Part shown: positions 38,337-48,028 of the stretch, piece after piece | How the letters are laid out: each line of letters begins with the position of its first letter | How positions within the stretch are numbered: position 1 is the stretch's first letter | Notes under the pieces: model-generated | Told to the model about the DNA's origin: nothing | Seen by the model: only the letters and a program-made list of their open reading frames with translations | The model's database searches: none | Position numbers and translations under genes: made by a program | Origin: Candidatus Portnoybacteria bacterium | Lineage (GTDB): Bacteria > Patescibacteriota > Minisyncoccia > Portnoybacterales > GWB1-42-6 | Direction of reading: 5' to 3' | Length of the DNA stretch: 64,000 nt | Assembly: GCA_028688325.1 (NCBI GenBank) | Contig: JAQTYI010000003.1 | Coordinates: forward strand, 32,116 to 96,115

Positions 38337-39227
38337 CTATTCTATTTTTTTGATCACGCGAAGTTTCGCGCTCCGGCTCCGGGGATTTACATGGATTTCG
38401 TCCTCCCCCGCCGTTATCGGTTTTTTTGTTAAGAGCTCCGCCCGGCCCGCTTTGGCCAGGTCCCTGAAAAAATTTTTGACTATCCTGTCTTCCAGCGAAT
38501 GGAAAGAAATTATCGCCAAGCGCCCTCCTTCTTTTAAAACATCAATTGCTTGAGGTAAAAATCTCTTAAGATTTCCCAGTTCGTCGTTAACGGTAATTCG
38601 CAAAGCTTGAAAAGTTCTTGTAGCAAAATGTATCCTGCCATATTGAAATTTCTTGGGAACCGCTTCGGCGATAACGCCGACCAGCTCCTTCGTGCTTAAA
38701 ATCGATTTTATTTTTCTGCTTTTTATTATTTGCTCGCTTATCCTCCTGGCGAACGGCTCTTCACCGTATTCTTTCAAAATATTTTCTATTTCTTTGTTTT
38801 CCCAGTGATTGATAATCTCTCGCGCGGTCAACTCCTGATTCGCGCCATATCTCATATCCAGCGGCTCATCTTTCATAAAAGAGAATCCCCGCCCGCCTGC
38901 TTCCAGCTGATCGGAAGATAATCCCAGATCCAGCAATATTCCATGCACCGGCGCAAAATTATTTTCTTTAACGGCTTGCGCGATATTTGCGTATGTGTCA
39001 TTCGCGAATATCATCCGCCCCGACAATCCCTTGGCCGCAATAGTTTCTTTGGCCCGCGTTATTGCTTCGGCGTCCCGATCGAAGAATAAAATCTTGCCGC
39101 CGGGCGCATTCTTTTCTAAGGTCGCCAGCGTATGGCCGGCCGCGCCGCCCGTGCCGTCGATAAAATTCTCATCGGCAACCGGATTCAAATATTCTATTAC
39201 CTCTTGGAGAAGAACCGGGATATGCAT
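38337..39227 (-). CDS. rsmH: 16S rRNA m4C1402 methyltransferase
   Basis: HIPVLL.E, DLGLSS.QL, PLDMR, FHSLEDR, NPRSRSAKLR. Confidence 0.96.
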   Translation of the reverse strand: MHIPVLLQEVIEYLNPVADENFIDGTGGAAGHTLATLEKNAPGGKILFFDRDAEAITRAKETIAAKGLSGRMIFANDTYANIAQAVKENNFAPVHGILLDLGLSSDQLEAGGRGFSFMKDEPLDMRYGANQELTAREIINHWENKEIENILKEYGEEPFARRISEQIIKSRKIKSILSTKELVGVIAEAVPKKFQYGRIHFATRTFQALRITVNDELGNLKRFLPQAIDVLKEGGRLAIISFHSLEDRIVKNFFRDLAKAGRAELLTKKPITAGEDEIHVNPRSRSAKLRVIKKIE

Positions 39228-39306
39228 AAAAATATTTTTAACCATCTTCGAGCCGCAAGCCATAAGCCGATGGCTTAAGGGTTTGCGGCCTCCGGCCCGC
39301 CGATGG

Positions 39307-39738
39307 CTAAAATCCTATTTCCGAAAGTTTGGCAGCCATATCTCCCACCGTCTTTTCGGTTTTCTGTTTATATCCCTCCCACTGCTTCTGATCCCAAATT
39401 TCCAAATGATTGAAAACGCCTGCAATCACGGTATTTTTTTCTATTGCTGCGTATTGCTTCAAGTAATCCGGCACCAAAATCCTGCCCAAGGCATCAAACT
39501 CAACTTCCACGGCTCCCGAAAGTATCACCCGTGCCAATCCCCGCGCTTCCACTTGACCGGTTGGGAGCTTACTTAATTTATCCGCCAGCTTTTCCCATTC
39601 TTTCAAAGGATACAATGCCAAACAATTATCAAGGCCGCGCGTCAGCACCGCGCCCTTGCCCAATTCCTTGCGAAGCTTGGCCGGAATCGCCAAGCGCTTC
39701 TTTTCGTCAATTGTGTGCTGATATTCGCCGATTAACAT
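39307..39738 (-). CDS. mraZ: Transcriptional regulator MraZ
   Basis: GEY.HTID.K.RL.IP, D..GRI, EIW. Confidence 0.95.
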   Translation of the reverse strand: MLIGEYQHTIDEKKRLAIPAKLRKELGKGAVLTRGLDNCLALYPLKEWEKLADKLSKLPTGQVEARGLARVILSGAVEVEFDALGRILVPDYLKQYAAIEKNTVIAGVFNHLEIWDQKQWEGYKQKTEKTVGDMAAKLSEIGF

Positions 39739-40060
39739 ACTTTGCGTTAAATTATGAGCGAGGCGTCCGCTGAAAAAAATGTCGCGCAACCGCGCCCCAG
39801 ATTTGTTTATTTTAATATTGATGCGCGGCGAGCGCCAAGCAGCAACCGAAACTATACTTTATACCGTTGCTTTAGGCTGACTGCGGTTTTTTGAAGCGGA
39901 CGCCGAGCGGACATTCTGAGCGCGGCGAGGGGTCTCCTCGCTAAGGTGAGTCCCGCATCAAGCCCATCTATATAAGAATAGGCACGGGAGGTCCTTCGCC
40001 TCGCGCAAAATGAATTTACGAATACTTGTACTGCATTTCTATGGATACCCCCTCGAGAAG

Positions 40061-40131
40061 TTATCCACAGAAATGAGTACTTACTAACATCTTTATCCAC
40101 AATTATCCACTACCCTTACATTATATTCCAC
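40061..40131 (-). promoter_or_regulatory. Probable MraZ operator (GTGG repeats, ~10-bp phase)
   Basis: ccac at 40097, 40107 and 40128, plus 40065, upstream of mraZ. Confidence 0.55.
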
Positions 40132-40301
40132 TTTCATAAAACCCGTCAACCACCCTGTTCCACTCGAACCGTTAATCCTCCCTTAATTTTTCGCGAACAA
40201 CAAAAAACGGCTCAATCAAGCCGTTTCTCCTTGCTATACACTATAAGCTATACGCTATAAGCTATTAAATTGTCCCCCATTTATCCCCAAGGGTATTTTG
40301 G

Positions 40302-40450
40302 GTGGGCACATCTGGATTCCAGCCACGGAACCCTTTCGATGCCTACCCCGTTAAACTTTTGGGTGTGGATGATAATGGACCCGAACCACTGACCTTTCCA
40401 ATGTGAACCCTTCGACAAGCTCAGGGTAAATTTCGCGCTCTACTTCAGCT
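40302..40450 (-). pseudogene. Two degenerate tRNA-Val-like copies, one interrupted by a palindromic repeat
   Basis: 40365-40450 retains gtagagcg, ttcacattggaaagg and ggttcg, with cccttcgacaagctcagggtaa inserted; 40302-40341 is a weaker 3' half. Confidence 0.6.
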
Positions 40451-40451
40451 G

Positions 40452-40523
40452 TGGGCAATGCTGGGATTGAACCAGCGGCCTTTCCGATGTGAACGGAACG
40501 CTCTACCACTGAGCTAATTGCCC
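40452..40523 (-). tRNA. tRNA-Val(CAC)
   Basis: GGGCAATTAGCTCAGTGGTAGAGCG-TTCCG-TTCACAT-CGGAA...GGTTCAATCC. Confidence 0.95.
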
Positions 40524-40552
40524 AAGCTTGGCGGGGCGAGCCAAACTGTAAC

Positions 40553-41155
40553 TTACACGAATTTCAGCCGGTTCAATAATTTCTCGTGCGGTTTTTCCAG
40601 AATGTCGCGCACGAAACGGTCGAACATATGAAAACGATAATCGAATTCTTTGGTTTCCATCGCCGCATACTCTATCTCCTTGCCGACTTCCGCTTCCATA
40701 TCCGCCAAAAAATTCATCAGTTTTTTATGGGAGATATCGTCGCCGACCAAAAATAAATCTACCCGGCTGTTGTCGCTATTTAAAAATACGCCGCCGACAA
40801 GCGCCATCTTTATCCGGCCTATTTTCATTAAACGCTTCAACATTTTTACCTTGGAAGTCGGACTGGATTTTAAAACCAAACTTTGGAGCTCCGGATAGAA
40901 ATCGAACTTGGGGTTCACATTATAATACAAGCCGCCGATTATTCCTTTTTTTCGGTTGGTTTTTATTTTTTTGGCAGCCAACAAACCGATGCTTTCCAGC
41001 CCACTCACATGCTTAACGACCGCGTTCCGGCGCTCCTGAGTTTTTTTAATGATATTCTGCATCAAAAACTGCCTGTCCGGGTTGCGCAAAAACAGCTTAA
41101 GCAGTTTTACTTTTATCGGCGAGTCGAACAATTGCTCAAGTATTCGTTCTGACAT
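40553..41155 (-). CDS. wHTH protein with degenerate nucleotidyltransferase-like C-domain
   Basis: LF.S...KLL.LFL.NP, ..GVF......VDLFLVGD; start reassigned to MSER. Confidence 0.65.
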   Translation of the reverse strand: MSERILEQLFDSPIKVKLLKLFLRNPDRQFLMQNIIKKTQERRNAVVKHVSGLESIGLLAAKKIKTNRKKGIIGGLYYNVNPKFDFYPELQSLVLKSSPTSKVKMLKRLMKIGRIKMALVGGVFLNSDNSRVDLFLVGDDISHKKLMNFLADMEAEVGKEIEYAAMETKEFDYRFHMFDRFVRDILEKPHEKLLNRLKFV

Positions 41156-41156
41156 A

Positions 41157-41283
41157 CCAGGTAGTAGAAATTCGGCTGTCATATTCAAAAAATATTAAAT
41201 ACAACAGAAGCAATCTCTATTTTTATACTTTTTTGATTGCCAAATAATGAAGTAAATCCAACCGCCGAATTTTCACTACCTGG
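41157..41283. mobile_element. MITE-like element with CATA target duplication
   Basis: CATA-ccaggtagtagaaattcggc...gccgaattttcactacctgg-CATA. Confidence 0.75.
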
Positions 41284-41421
41284 CATATTAAAAAAGAGGT
41301 CTCCCTCCATACCCTGTCAATTATTATATATACTCAAAGATTAGTATTTTTTGACGATTGTGTCCAGCCCCGAACAAGCTACCCTTACCTTCGGCTTTTT
41401 GATATAATATATTTATATCTT

Positions 41422-42165
41422 ATGGTCAAAATCGAAGAAATATTAATAAAGGCCCCTCGCAGCAAAAATACCATTTGCGATATTTTTATGTATGAACCGG
41501 GTAATATAGAAGAGGCCTCCCTGGGAAGCTTATATATGGTGGCCGAGCTCACGACCGACGAGGATTCGCTGCACCTGGTGAATCTTTTAAGTTCCATCAT
41601 TAAACGAGAATATTATCTGCTGCCCCACCGCGGATCGGTGGAGTCGCTGGAAGCGGCGTTAAAAAAGGCCAACCAGGCCCTAAGCGAAATCGCCAATCAA
41701 GGAAATCTAAATTGGCTGGGCAAGATCCATTTTGTCTGCGCCGCGCTGAACAAAGAAAAAGACCTTTTCCTGACGCAGACCGGCTCGGCCCAGGCCTGGC
41801 TTTGCCGCGCCGGCCAATTGGTCAATATAACAAAAAAGCTGGTGCCCTCGGCCAACAAGCCCCATCCGGCCAAAACCTTTCAAAGCGTTATTTCCGGCAC
41901 CCTGGGCTCCGGCGATAAAATAATTTTCGGCACGCCGGCCATTTTTGATTTTTTTTCGCTGCCCGGCCTCAAGCAAATTTTTTCGCTACCCAAGATAGCC
42001 CTGGTTTCCGAGCAGATACAAAAAATTCTGCGTGAAGAGAAAAAACCGCCAACTTTGGGTGCGCTGCTGCTGGAAATCGCCGCGGACGAAGAATTGCTCG
42101 AGCCCGCCAAGGGGCCCAAAAAATTCATTACTCCGCCGATAGCGTTAAGCGAACTGCTGAATTGA
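41422..42165 (+). CDS. Hypothetical protein (possible degenerate PP2C-like fold)
   Basis: Long ORF with upstream TATAAT; LGSLY..., ALKKAN, SG.L..GD pattern. Confidence 0.6.
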   Translation: MVKIEEILIKAPRSKNTICDIFMYEPGNIEEASLGSLYMVAELTTDEDSLHLVNLLSSIIKREYYLLPHRGSVESLEAALKKANQALSEIANQGNLNWLGKIHFVCAALNKEKDLFLTQTGSAQAWLCRAGQLVNITKKLVPSANKPHPAKTFQSVISGTLGSGDKIIFGTPAIFDFFSLPGLKQIFSLPKIALVSEQIQKILREEKKPPTLGALLLEIAADEELLEPAKGPKKFITPPIALSELLN

Positions 42166-42238
42166 CAAAAACCCGCGTTTTTGCACAGGTGCGGAAATAA
42201 AAAACCACTTCGGAAAATGAAGCGGTTTTTTATTTGGT

Positions 42239-42646
42239 TTATTTCAATTCTACGGTCGCGCCGGCTTCGGTCAATTTCTTGCGAATTTCTTCGGCATCGG
42301 CTTTTTTAACATTCTCCTTTATCATCTTGGGGGCTCCGTCAACCAAGTCCTTGGCTTCTTTCAAGCCCAGGCCCGTGACTTCGCGCACAACCTTAATGAC
42401 ATTTATCTTCTGGTCGCCCGCCAACTTCAACTCAATGTTAAAGCTGGATTTTTCTTCGGCGGGAGCTCCGGCGGCTTCGCCGGCAGCCGGCATCGCACCC
42501 ATCATCATCGGCGCAGCCGCGGAAACACCAAATTTCTCTTCTAAAACTTTGACGAGTTCCGCCAGGTCTAGAACAGATAATTTTTCTATCTGCTCGACCA
42601 AATCCTTGAATTTGGCTGGAACCTCAACTTTGTTTTGTTCGCTCAT
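42239..42646 (-). CDS. rplL: 50S ribosomal protein L7/L12
   Basis: [32 protein letters not shown]. Confidence 0.97.
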   Translation of the reverse strand: MSEQNKVEVPAKFKDLVEQIEKLSVLDLAELVKVLEEKFGVSAAAPMMMGAMPAAGEAAGAPAEEKSSFNIELKLAGDQKINVIKVVREVTGLGLKEAKDLVDGAPKMIKENVKKADAEEIRKKLTEAGATVELK

Positions 42647-42727
42647 ATTATTTTTTGATAACGAGGGCGTCTTTGAGAAAAGCATCTTTTCTCAACCGAT
42701 ACCCGAATTTATCTTTTTTTATTTGAT

Positions 42728-43240
42728 TTATTGTTTGATTTGTGAGAGCACTCGAACCAATCCTCTCAAATTACCCTGCAAAACATTCAACATTCCGCTC
42801 ATCGGCGCGGCAACGGTGCCAACCAATCTGCCCAGCAATTCCTGCTTGGACGGCAATTTGGCAAGACCGATAACGCTTAAGCTGTCGATGAACTTGTTTT
42901 CCAATATTCCGCCCAAAATTTTCAACTGCGTGTTCTGCCTGGCAAAATCGTTCAGGATCTTGGCCGGCGAAATTTCATCCTGATATCCAAAAGCCACCGC
43001 CACCTGACCATTCATATTCTTGGTATCCACATTTTCAATGCCGCTCTTTTTGAACGACAGGTCTATCAAGGTCTTCTTGGCAACCTTCAGCTCGCCCGAC
43101 TGGCTGCGCAATTTCCGGCGCAGCTCTGTCAATTTGGTCACGCTAAGGCCCGTGTAGTCAGCAAAAACAGCGGCTTTGGTTTTGGTCAAACGCTCGGTCA
43201 ATTCTTTCAACAATTCCTCTTTTTGTTGTTTTGTTTGCAT
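42728..43240 (-). CDS. rplJ: 50S ribosomal protein L10
   Basis: DYTGLSV...ELR, KV.KKTL, LAKLPSK.EL. Confidence 0.95.
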   Translation of the reverse strand: MQTKQQKEELLKELTERLTKTKAAVFADYTGLSVTKLTELRRKLRSQSGELKVAKKTLIDLSFKKSGIENVDTKNMNGQVAVAFGYQDEISPAKILNDFARQNTQLKILGGILENKFIDSLSVIGLAKLPSKQELLGRLVGTVAAPMSGMLNVLQGNLRGLVRVLSQIKQ

Positions 43241-43241
43241 A

Positions 43242-43371
43242 CCAGGTAGTAGAAATTCGGCTATATTCATAAATCCCAATGGACTTACTTAACTTTGCCA
43301 AACTCTATGGTTTTATCAAGTTTTACCAGCCAACGACAATTCGGTTAAATCGCCGAATTTTCACTACCTGG
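43242..43371. mobile_element. MITE-like element with CATA target duplication
   Basis: TIRs identical to 41157-41283, unrelated interior. Confidence 0.75.
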
Positions 43372-43495
43372 CATATATTTTTAATAAAAAACGCCTCTTC
43401 AGGCGCATTAACGATAAGCCATTCGTCGTTTATCCCGAACTTGCTCGCCTCGCTGAAGCTTTAGCGAAGCGGGTCAAGGGACGATCAGCTACCTT

Positions 43496-43574
43496 CCGCC
43501 TGGGCAGGATTTATACTGACTTGCTCATTGGAGTTTATCCCGAGCTTGTCGAGGGACCTGCTTTCTTGGGCTCG
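43496..43574 (-). promoter_or_regulatory. Ribosomal protein L10 leader RNA
   Basis: AAGAaaGCAGG...TAAATCCTGCCCAGG upstream of rplJ matches the L10-leader core. Confidence 0.7.
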
Positions 43575-43619
43575 TATTCTATTAGTTACATCTTACTCTC
43601 TTACCTGAAATTGTCAAGG

Positions 43620-44687
43620 TTATTTCAAATACTTCGCCCTGTTCCTATTATGCTCATCCAAGGTTTTACTGAAAACCGTGGGGCCGTCGAGCGGATGCAG
43701 AAAAAACAGATAATCGGTTTTGGGCGGATTTATCGCCGCGCGGATGGCTTCAATGCCAGGATTGGCGATGGGGCCGGGCGGCAAACCGCGGTACATATAG
43801 GTGTTATACGGCGACTTGATTTTTAAGTCCTCGTATGTGGTCTGCCGCAATTTCTTACCGGTGGCGTAATTTACCGAAGCGTCCGATTCCAGCGCTATGC
43901 CTTTTTGCAGGCGATTGGCAAAAACACCGGCAACAAGCGGCATATCGTTTTCGTCTATCGCCTCCTGCTGGACGATAGACGCCAAAATAACCACATTGTA
44001 TATATTCTTGCCCTGCCGCGATATTTGCTCGCGCAAATCCGGCGTTAGTTTTTTATCAAAATTGTCCAGAAATTTTTTGATTATTCCGGCCGCCTTGACA
44101 TCGCGCTCAAAAATATAGGTGTCGGGGAACAGGAATCCCTCAAGACCGGCGTTAGCCGGCGCGTCAGATAAAAATTTATACTGCACCTGAAAATCGCCGA
44201 CTGTCTCGCCTCCCATATCATCAAAACCGGTTATTCCTTGTTCGGCCAGGCGCGCTTTGACCTGTTTATAAGTGAACCCCTCGGGAAAAGTTATCTTTAC
44301 TTCATTCAAAACGACTTTTCCGCCTGTTATTGTACCCACGATTTCCGGCACGCTGAAACTTTTTCCCAGCGCGTATTTTCCGGCTTGCAAATCGCCGCTT
44401 TGCTTCTTATACCATATATAGGTTTCAAACCACCAGGCGCTGCGGATCAATTTGGCGTCTTCCAGCTGCCAGGAAATTTCTTTTACGCCCAAGCCCTTCG
44501 TCACGGTAAATTCCACCGTTTCAACGCTATTTTTATCCACGGGAACATAAATCTCATAATATGCGTATGCTAAAAATCCCGCGGCCAAAACAGCCAGTGC
44601 CGCCAGGCCGTAAAATAAAACAGCCCGGGATTTTTTTTGCGGCTCGGCTGCTTGAGTTACGGGAATTTTTATTGTTTGGTTTTCCAT
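43620..44687 (-). CDS. mltG: Endolytic transglycosylase MltG
   Basis: TFPEG, LEGFLFPDTY, ASIVQ.E, SPYNTY..GLPPGPI.NPG. Confidence 0.95.
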   Translation of the reverse strand: MENQTIKIPVTQAAEPQKKSRAVLFYGLAALAVLAAGFLAYAYYEIYVPVDKNSVETVEFTVTKGLGVKEISWQLEDAKLIRSAWWFETYIWYKKQSGDLQAGKYALGKSFSVPEIVGTITGGKVVLNEVKITFPEGFTYKQVKARLAEQGITGFDDMGGETVGDFQVQYKFLSDAPANAGLEGFLFPDTYIFERDVKAAGIIKKFLDNFDKKLTPDLREQISRQGKNIYNVVILASIVQQEAIDENDMPLVAGVFANRLQKGIALESDASVNYATGKKLRQTTYEDLKIKSPYNTYMYRGLPPGPIANPGIEAIRAAINPPKTDYLFFLHPLDGPTVFSKTLDEHNRNRAKYLK

Positions 44688-44805
44688 CTTTTTATTATAT
44701 CAATAAAAAAGATTTTGCCAATATTGACTGATTGATTGTAAAATATTATACTATGTATAGTTCCTTCCCGATGGTTCTTACTACTTGAAAAGGGGGTTTA
44801 ACGAA

Positions 44806-45231
44806 ATGGAGAAATCGAAACAGAAACAAGCAGCTGTTCAGCCACCCGACCAGATGCCTAATTTTTTCTTCAAAGACAGCCAGGTTCTCGAAATGCATGG
44901 AAAAAGAAAAAAAGCGAGCAGGAAGAACTGCCATGACGGAACGAGCGGAGCCACTCCTTATCCCGCATCGATTAAAGATTGCAAAAGCTATGAATTAAAG
45001 ATCGCCTGGTCGTTTTGGTATCCCTTGGCCCTGACAATCAGGACCAAAATCGGCAACTGCAATAATAACAACAAGCCCCTCGCAACCTTCGGCTTCAGGA
45101 ACAATAAATACACCCTGAAGTTCCATCCTTGCGTGGCGCTTCGTTTGGGCCTGCCGGGAACTTGCATTTTTCCGTTTCCAGCGTATGACGCAATGACAAT
45201 ATACAATGAAATCATCAGAATGATGCGATAG
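44806..45231 (+). CDS. Hypothetical protein
   Basis: ORF with upstream promoter-like hexamers and downstream terminator; no recognisable motif. Confidence 0.45.
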   Translation: MEKSKQKQAAVQPPDQMPNFFFKDSQVLEMHGKRKKASRKNCHDGTSGATPYPASIKDCKSYELKIAWSFWYPLALTIRTKIGNCNNNNKPLATFGFRNNKYTLKFHPCVALRLGLPGTCIFPFPAYDAMTIYNEIIRMMR

Positions 45232-45389
45232 AAGCTCCTATCTGCAACAACAAAGGGTCTGCGACGCAAAAAATGCGCGCAGGCCCTTTTTTATTTCATC
45301 ACTAAATTTGGCACGGTGATTTGTCCGAAATCCTTTGACTTACCGTTGATTTTAAACGATAATTAGAGCAATCTTTGTTTTAATTATCA

Positions 45390-45977
45390 ATGACCCCACT
45401 CCAGCAAATCATTCTTTGGCTCAGCGCTTATAAATACTTCGCTTTATTTCCCCTGGCCGTGGCCGAAGGGCCCATTATTACCGTTGCCGCGGGATTTTTT
45501 GTTTCCACGGGACATCTTAATTTTTGGCTCGCCTATCTTGTCATTGTTGCCGGTGACCTCGTCGGCGATGTCCTGCATTACGCCGTTGGCCGCTTTGGCG
45601 GAATCAAATTCATTGAAAAATGGGGGCGGCTTGTCGGAGTCGGCGAAAAAGAAGTCCAATCCCTGGAATCGCAATTTGACAAACGCGGCAGCAATCTTTT
45701 ATTTATCGGCAAGATGTCTCATGGCATCGGAGGAGCATTTCTGATCGCCGCCGGCATCATCAAAATGCCTTTTGATAAGTTCATCTTTTCCAATATGATG
45801 GCCACGCTGATAAAATCTCTCCTGCTATTACTCCTTGGTTTTTATTTCGGCCACGCCCTGTCAACCATTAGCACATATTTGGAGAGAATTTCACTGATTT
45901 TCATTGGCGCGGCAATTGGCGCATTTTTAATATACTTTTTCTATTTTAGAAAAGGCCGTAATAATTCCGCGTCCTGA
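45390..45977 (+). CDS. DedA/VTT family membrane protein
   Basis: EGP, GD...Y..GR.GG, AG...M.F.KF. Confidence 0.85.
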   Translation: MTPLQQIILWLSAYKYFALFPLAVAEGPIITVAAGFFVSTGHLNFWLAYLVIVAGDLVGDVLHYAVGRFGGIKFIEKWGRLVGVGEKEVQSLESQFDKRGSNLLFIGKMSHGIGGAFLIAAGIIKMPFDKFIFSNMMATLIKSLLLLLLGFYFGHALSTISTYLERISLIFIGAAIGAFLIYFFYFRKGRNNSAS

Positions 45978-45978
45978 T

Positions 45979-46821
45979 ATGAACAACGCCGTCTTTCAAG
46001 AAAAATCCGTTCAAACAAGCGTCGGCAAAATTTTTTATTACCTGGAAAATTCTTTTCCGGGGCGGCCTTTTGTCGTACTGCTCCACGGCCTGTCTTCCAA
46101 CCACACGACATGGCTCAGCACAATGGAAGTTTTGCGCGCCAACAGATACAACTGCCTGGCGCCGGATATGCGCGGACACGGCCGCTCCGATAAAACAAAA
46201 GATGAAAATTTATATGAACTTTCCGTTTTTTCCGACGACCTGCAAAAAATAGCTGATAACGAGAATATCAAAGATTTTATATTGGCGGGTTATTCGTTTG
46301 GCGGCCAGGCCGCCATTGATTTTACCGCCAGGCATCCTGAACGGATCAAGGGGCTTATCCTTCTCAGCGCCAATCACGCGCCGTTTTTCAAATATCTGCA
46401 TCTTGATTTCCTGACTCCGCTCGTTGTCGGCGCGTTGAATTTTTTGGCCGCTCTTCTGCTCTGGCAAAAGCGCCAAAATTACCATTACTACCAACACGGC
46501 AAAACCGTCGGCTATTGGGATTCCGTTTGGGACGGCTTGCGCACAATGCCCATATCGGTGAATTTTTGGATGCTGGCGCGCGTGACGAAGCTTAATCTGG
46601 AAAATGAACTTAAAAATATCAAAGCGCCCGCCATCCTGGTTTACGGCCGAGAAGATGCGTTCATCACCAAAGCTGAAATCAACGCCGCAGCCAAAGCGAT
46701 GCCCGGCGCCCATCTGATATTTTCCAAAAACCCGGACCATTTCATAAGCACCAACGCCCAGAACGAAACAAACGAAATAATTTTGGAATTTTTAAAAAAA
46801 TATGAGAATAGCGATATTTAG
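45979..46821 (+). CDS. Alpha/beta hydrolase
   Basis: LLHG, DMRGHGRS, GYSFGG, G.ED, H. Confidence 0.9.
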   Translation: MNNAVFQEKSVQTSVGKIFYYLENSFPGRPFVVLLHGLSSNHTTWLSTMEVLRANRYNCLAPDMRGHGRSDKTKDENLYELSVFSDDLQKIADNENIKDFILAGYSFGGQAAIDFTARHPERIKGLILLSANHAPFFKYLHLDFLTPLVVGALNFLAALLLWQKRQNYHYYQHGKTVGYWDSVWDGLRTMPISVNFWMLARVTKLNLENELKNIKAPAILVYGREDAFITKAEINAAAKAMPGAHLIFSKNPDHFISTNAQNETNEIILEFLKKYENSDI

Positions 46822-47962
46822 CGACACTTTCCCCCCGCAAACCACTAATGGCGTGGCCAATGTGGCATATCAGTCGGCCAAGGGACTCGCGGACAGGGGC
46901 CACGAAGTTATGGTTTTTACGGTTTCCAAGGATGCTTCGCGCCATAACGATTCCACCCGCAAGAATCTCTCGATCTGTTATCTCCCCTCTTTGCCGGCTT
47001 TGGTCTATGGCAATGAGCGGCTAAGTTTTCCGATCGGATTTTCTTTTAACCGGTTGAGAAAATTCAAGCCCGATATTATCCACACCCACACGCCGTTTTC
47101 TGTCGGTCTGGAAGCGGTGATGTGCGCCAAGTTTTTCAAAGTTCCGCTGGTCGGCACGCACCACACTTTCTATGACCATTATTTAAAGCACATTGGGATG
47201 AACCATGATTTTGGGAAAAAACTTTCCTGGAAGCTCACGGTCAGCTATTATAATCGATGCGACCTTATCTTAAGTCCGTCCCAATCGCTGGCTAATGCCA
47301 TGGTATCCAAGGGCCTAAAAAAACTGACGACAGTCCTGAAAAATTCCATAGACACAAAATTATTCCATCCGGTCAAAGACAACGAAACCAAAGAGAAACT
47401 AAAACGGTATTTCGGCATAGAAGACAGGTCTGTTGCTTATATGGGCCGGCTAAGCTACGAAAAAAGCATCGACCAGGTTATTAAAGCTTTTCCCTTGATG
47501 CTCGAAGAAATGCCGTCGCTCAAACTGATGCTTATCGGCGACGGACCGGAAAAAGACAAGCTGAAAAAGCTGGCGGAAAAATTGGGAGTCGCCGATAATG
47601 TCATCTTCACCGGATTCGTTTACGGCGAAACACTGGCCCGAGCCCTGCAAACCAACGATGTTTTCATAACCGCCAGCAAAAGCGAAAATATGCCCCTTTC
47701 CGTCCTTGAGGCGATGTCCGCGGGCCTGCCTATCGTCGCAGCTAAGGAAAACGGCCTGGCCGAGATTGTGGAAGAAAACACCAACGGATTTTTCGCGCGC
47801 ACGGACGACCCGGCCGATATCGCCCAAAAAACTCTGGCTATCCTTTCGAGCCCCGAGTTGCTCGGTAAATTCAGCGAGGGCTCGCGCCGCCTGGTCATGG
47901 AATATTCGGAAGAAAAGATTCTGACTCGGCTGGAAGATTATTATAAAGAATTGCTAAAATAA
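46802..47962 (+). CDS. GT4 glycosyltransferase (diacylglycerol glucosyltransferase-like)
   Basis: MRIAIFSDTF.P..NGVA, IHTHTPF, GRL..EK, SE......LEAM. Confidence 0.85.
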   Translation: MRIAIFSDTFPPQTTNGVANVAYQSAKGLADRGHEVMVFTVSKDASRHNDSTRKNLSICYLPSLPALVYGNERLSFPIGFSFNRLRKFKPDIIHTHTPFSVGLEAVMCAKFFKVPLVGTHHTFYDHYLKHIGMNHDFGKKLSWKLTVSYYNRCDLILSPSQSLANAMVSKGLKKLTTVLKNSIDTKLFHPVKDNETKEKLKRYFGIEDRSVAYMGRLSYEKSIDQVIKAFPLMLEEMPSLKLMLIGDGPEKDKLKKLAEKLGVADNVIFTGFVYGETLARALQTNDVFITASKSENMPLSVLEAMSAGLPIVAAKENGLAEIVEENTNGFFARTDDPADIAQKTLAILSSPELLGKFSEGSRRLVMEYSEEKILTRLEDYYKELLK

Positions 47963-48028
47963 TTATTTATTATAAATAAAAAATATTGTCATCCCGCACT
48001 TGACCCGGAATGACAATTCATTGATATT

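Noticed and set aside
40061-40290. TTATCCACA boxes suggesting oriC
   Set aside because: Only two perfect boxes and no dnaA or dnaN nearby; the 10-bp phased GTGG repeats upstream of mraZ are better explained as a MraZ operator
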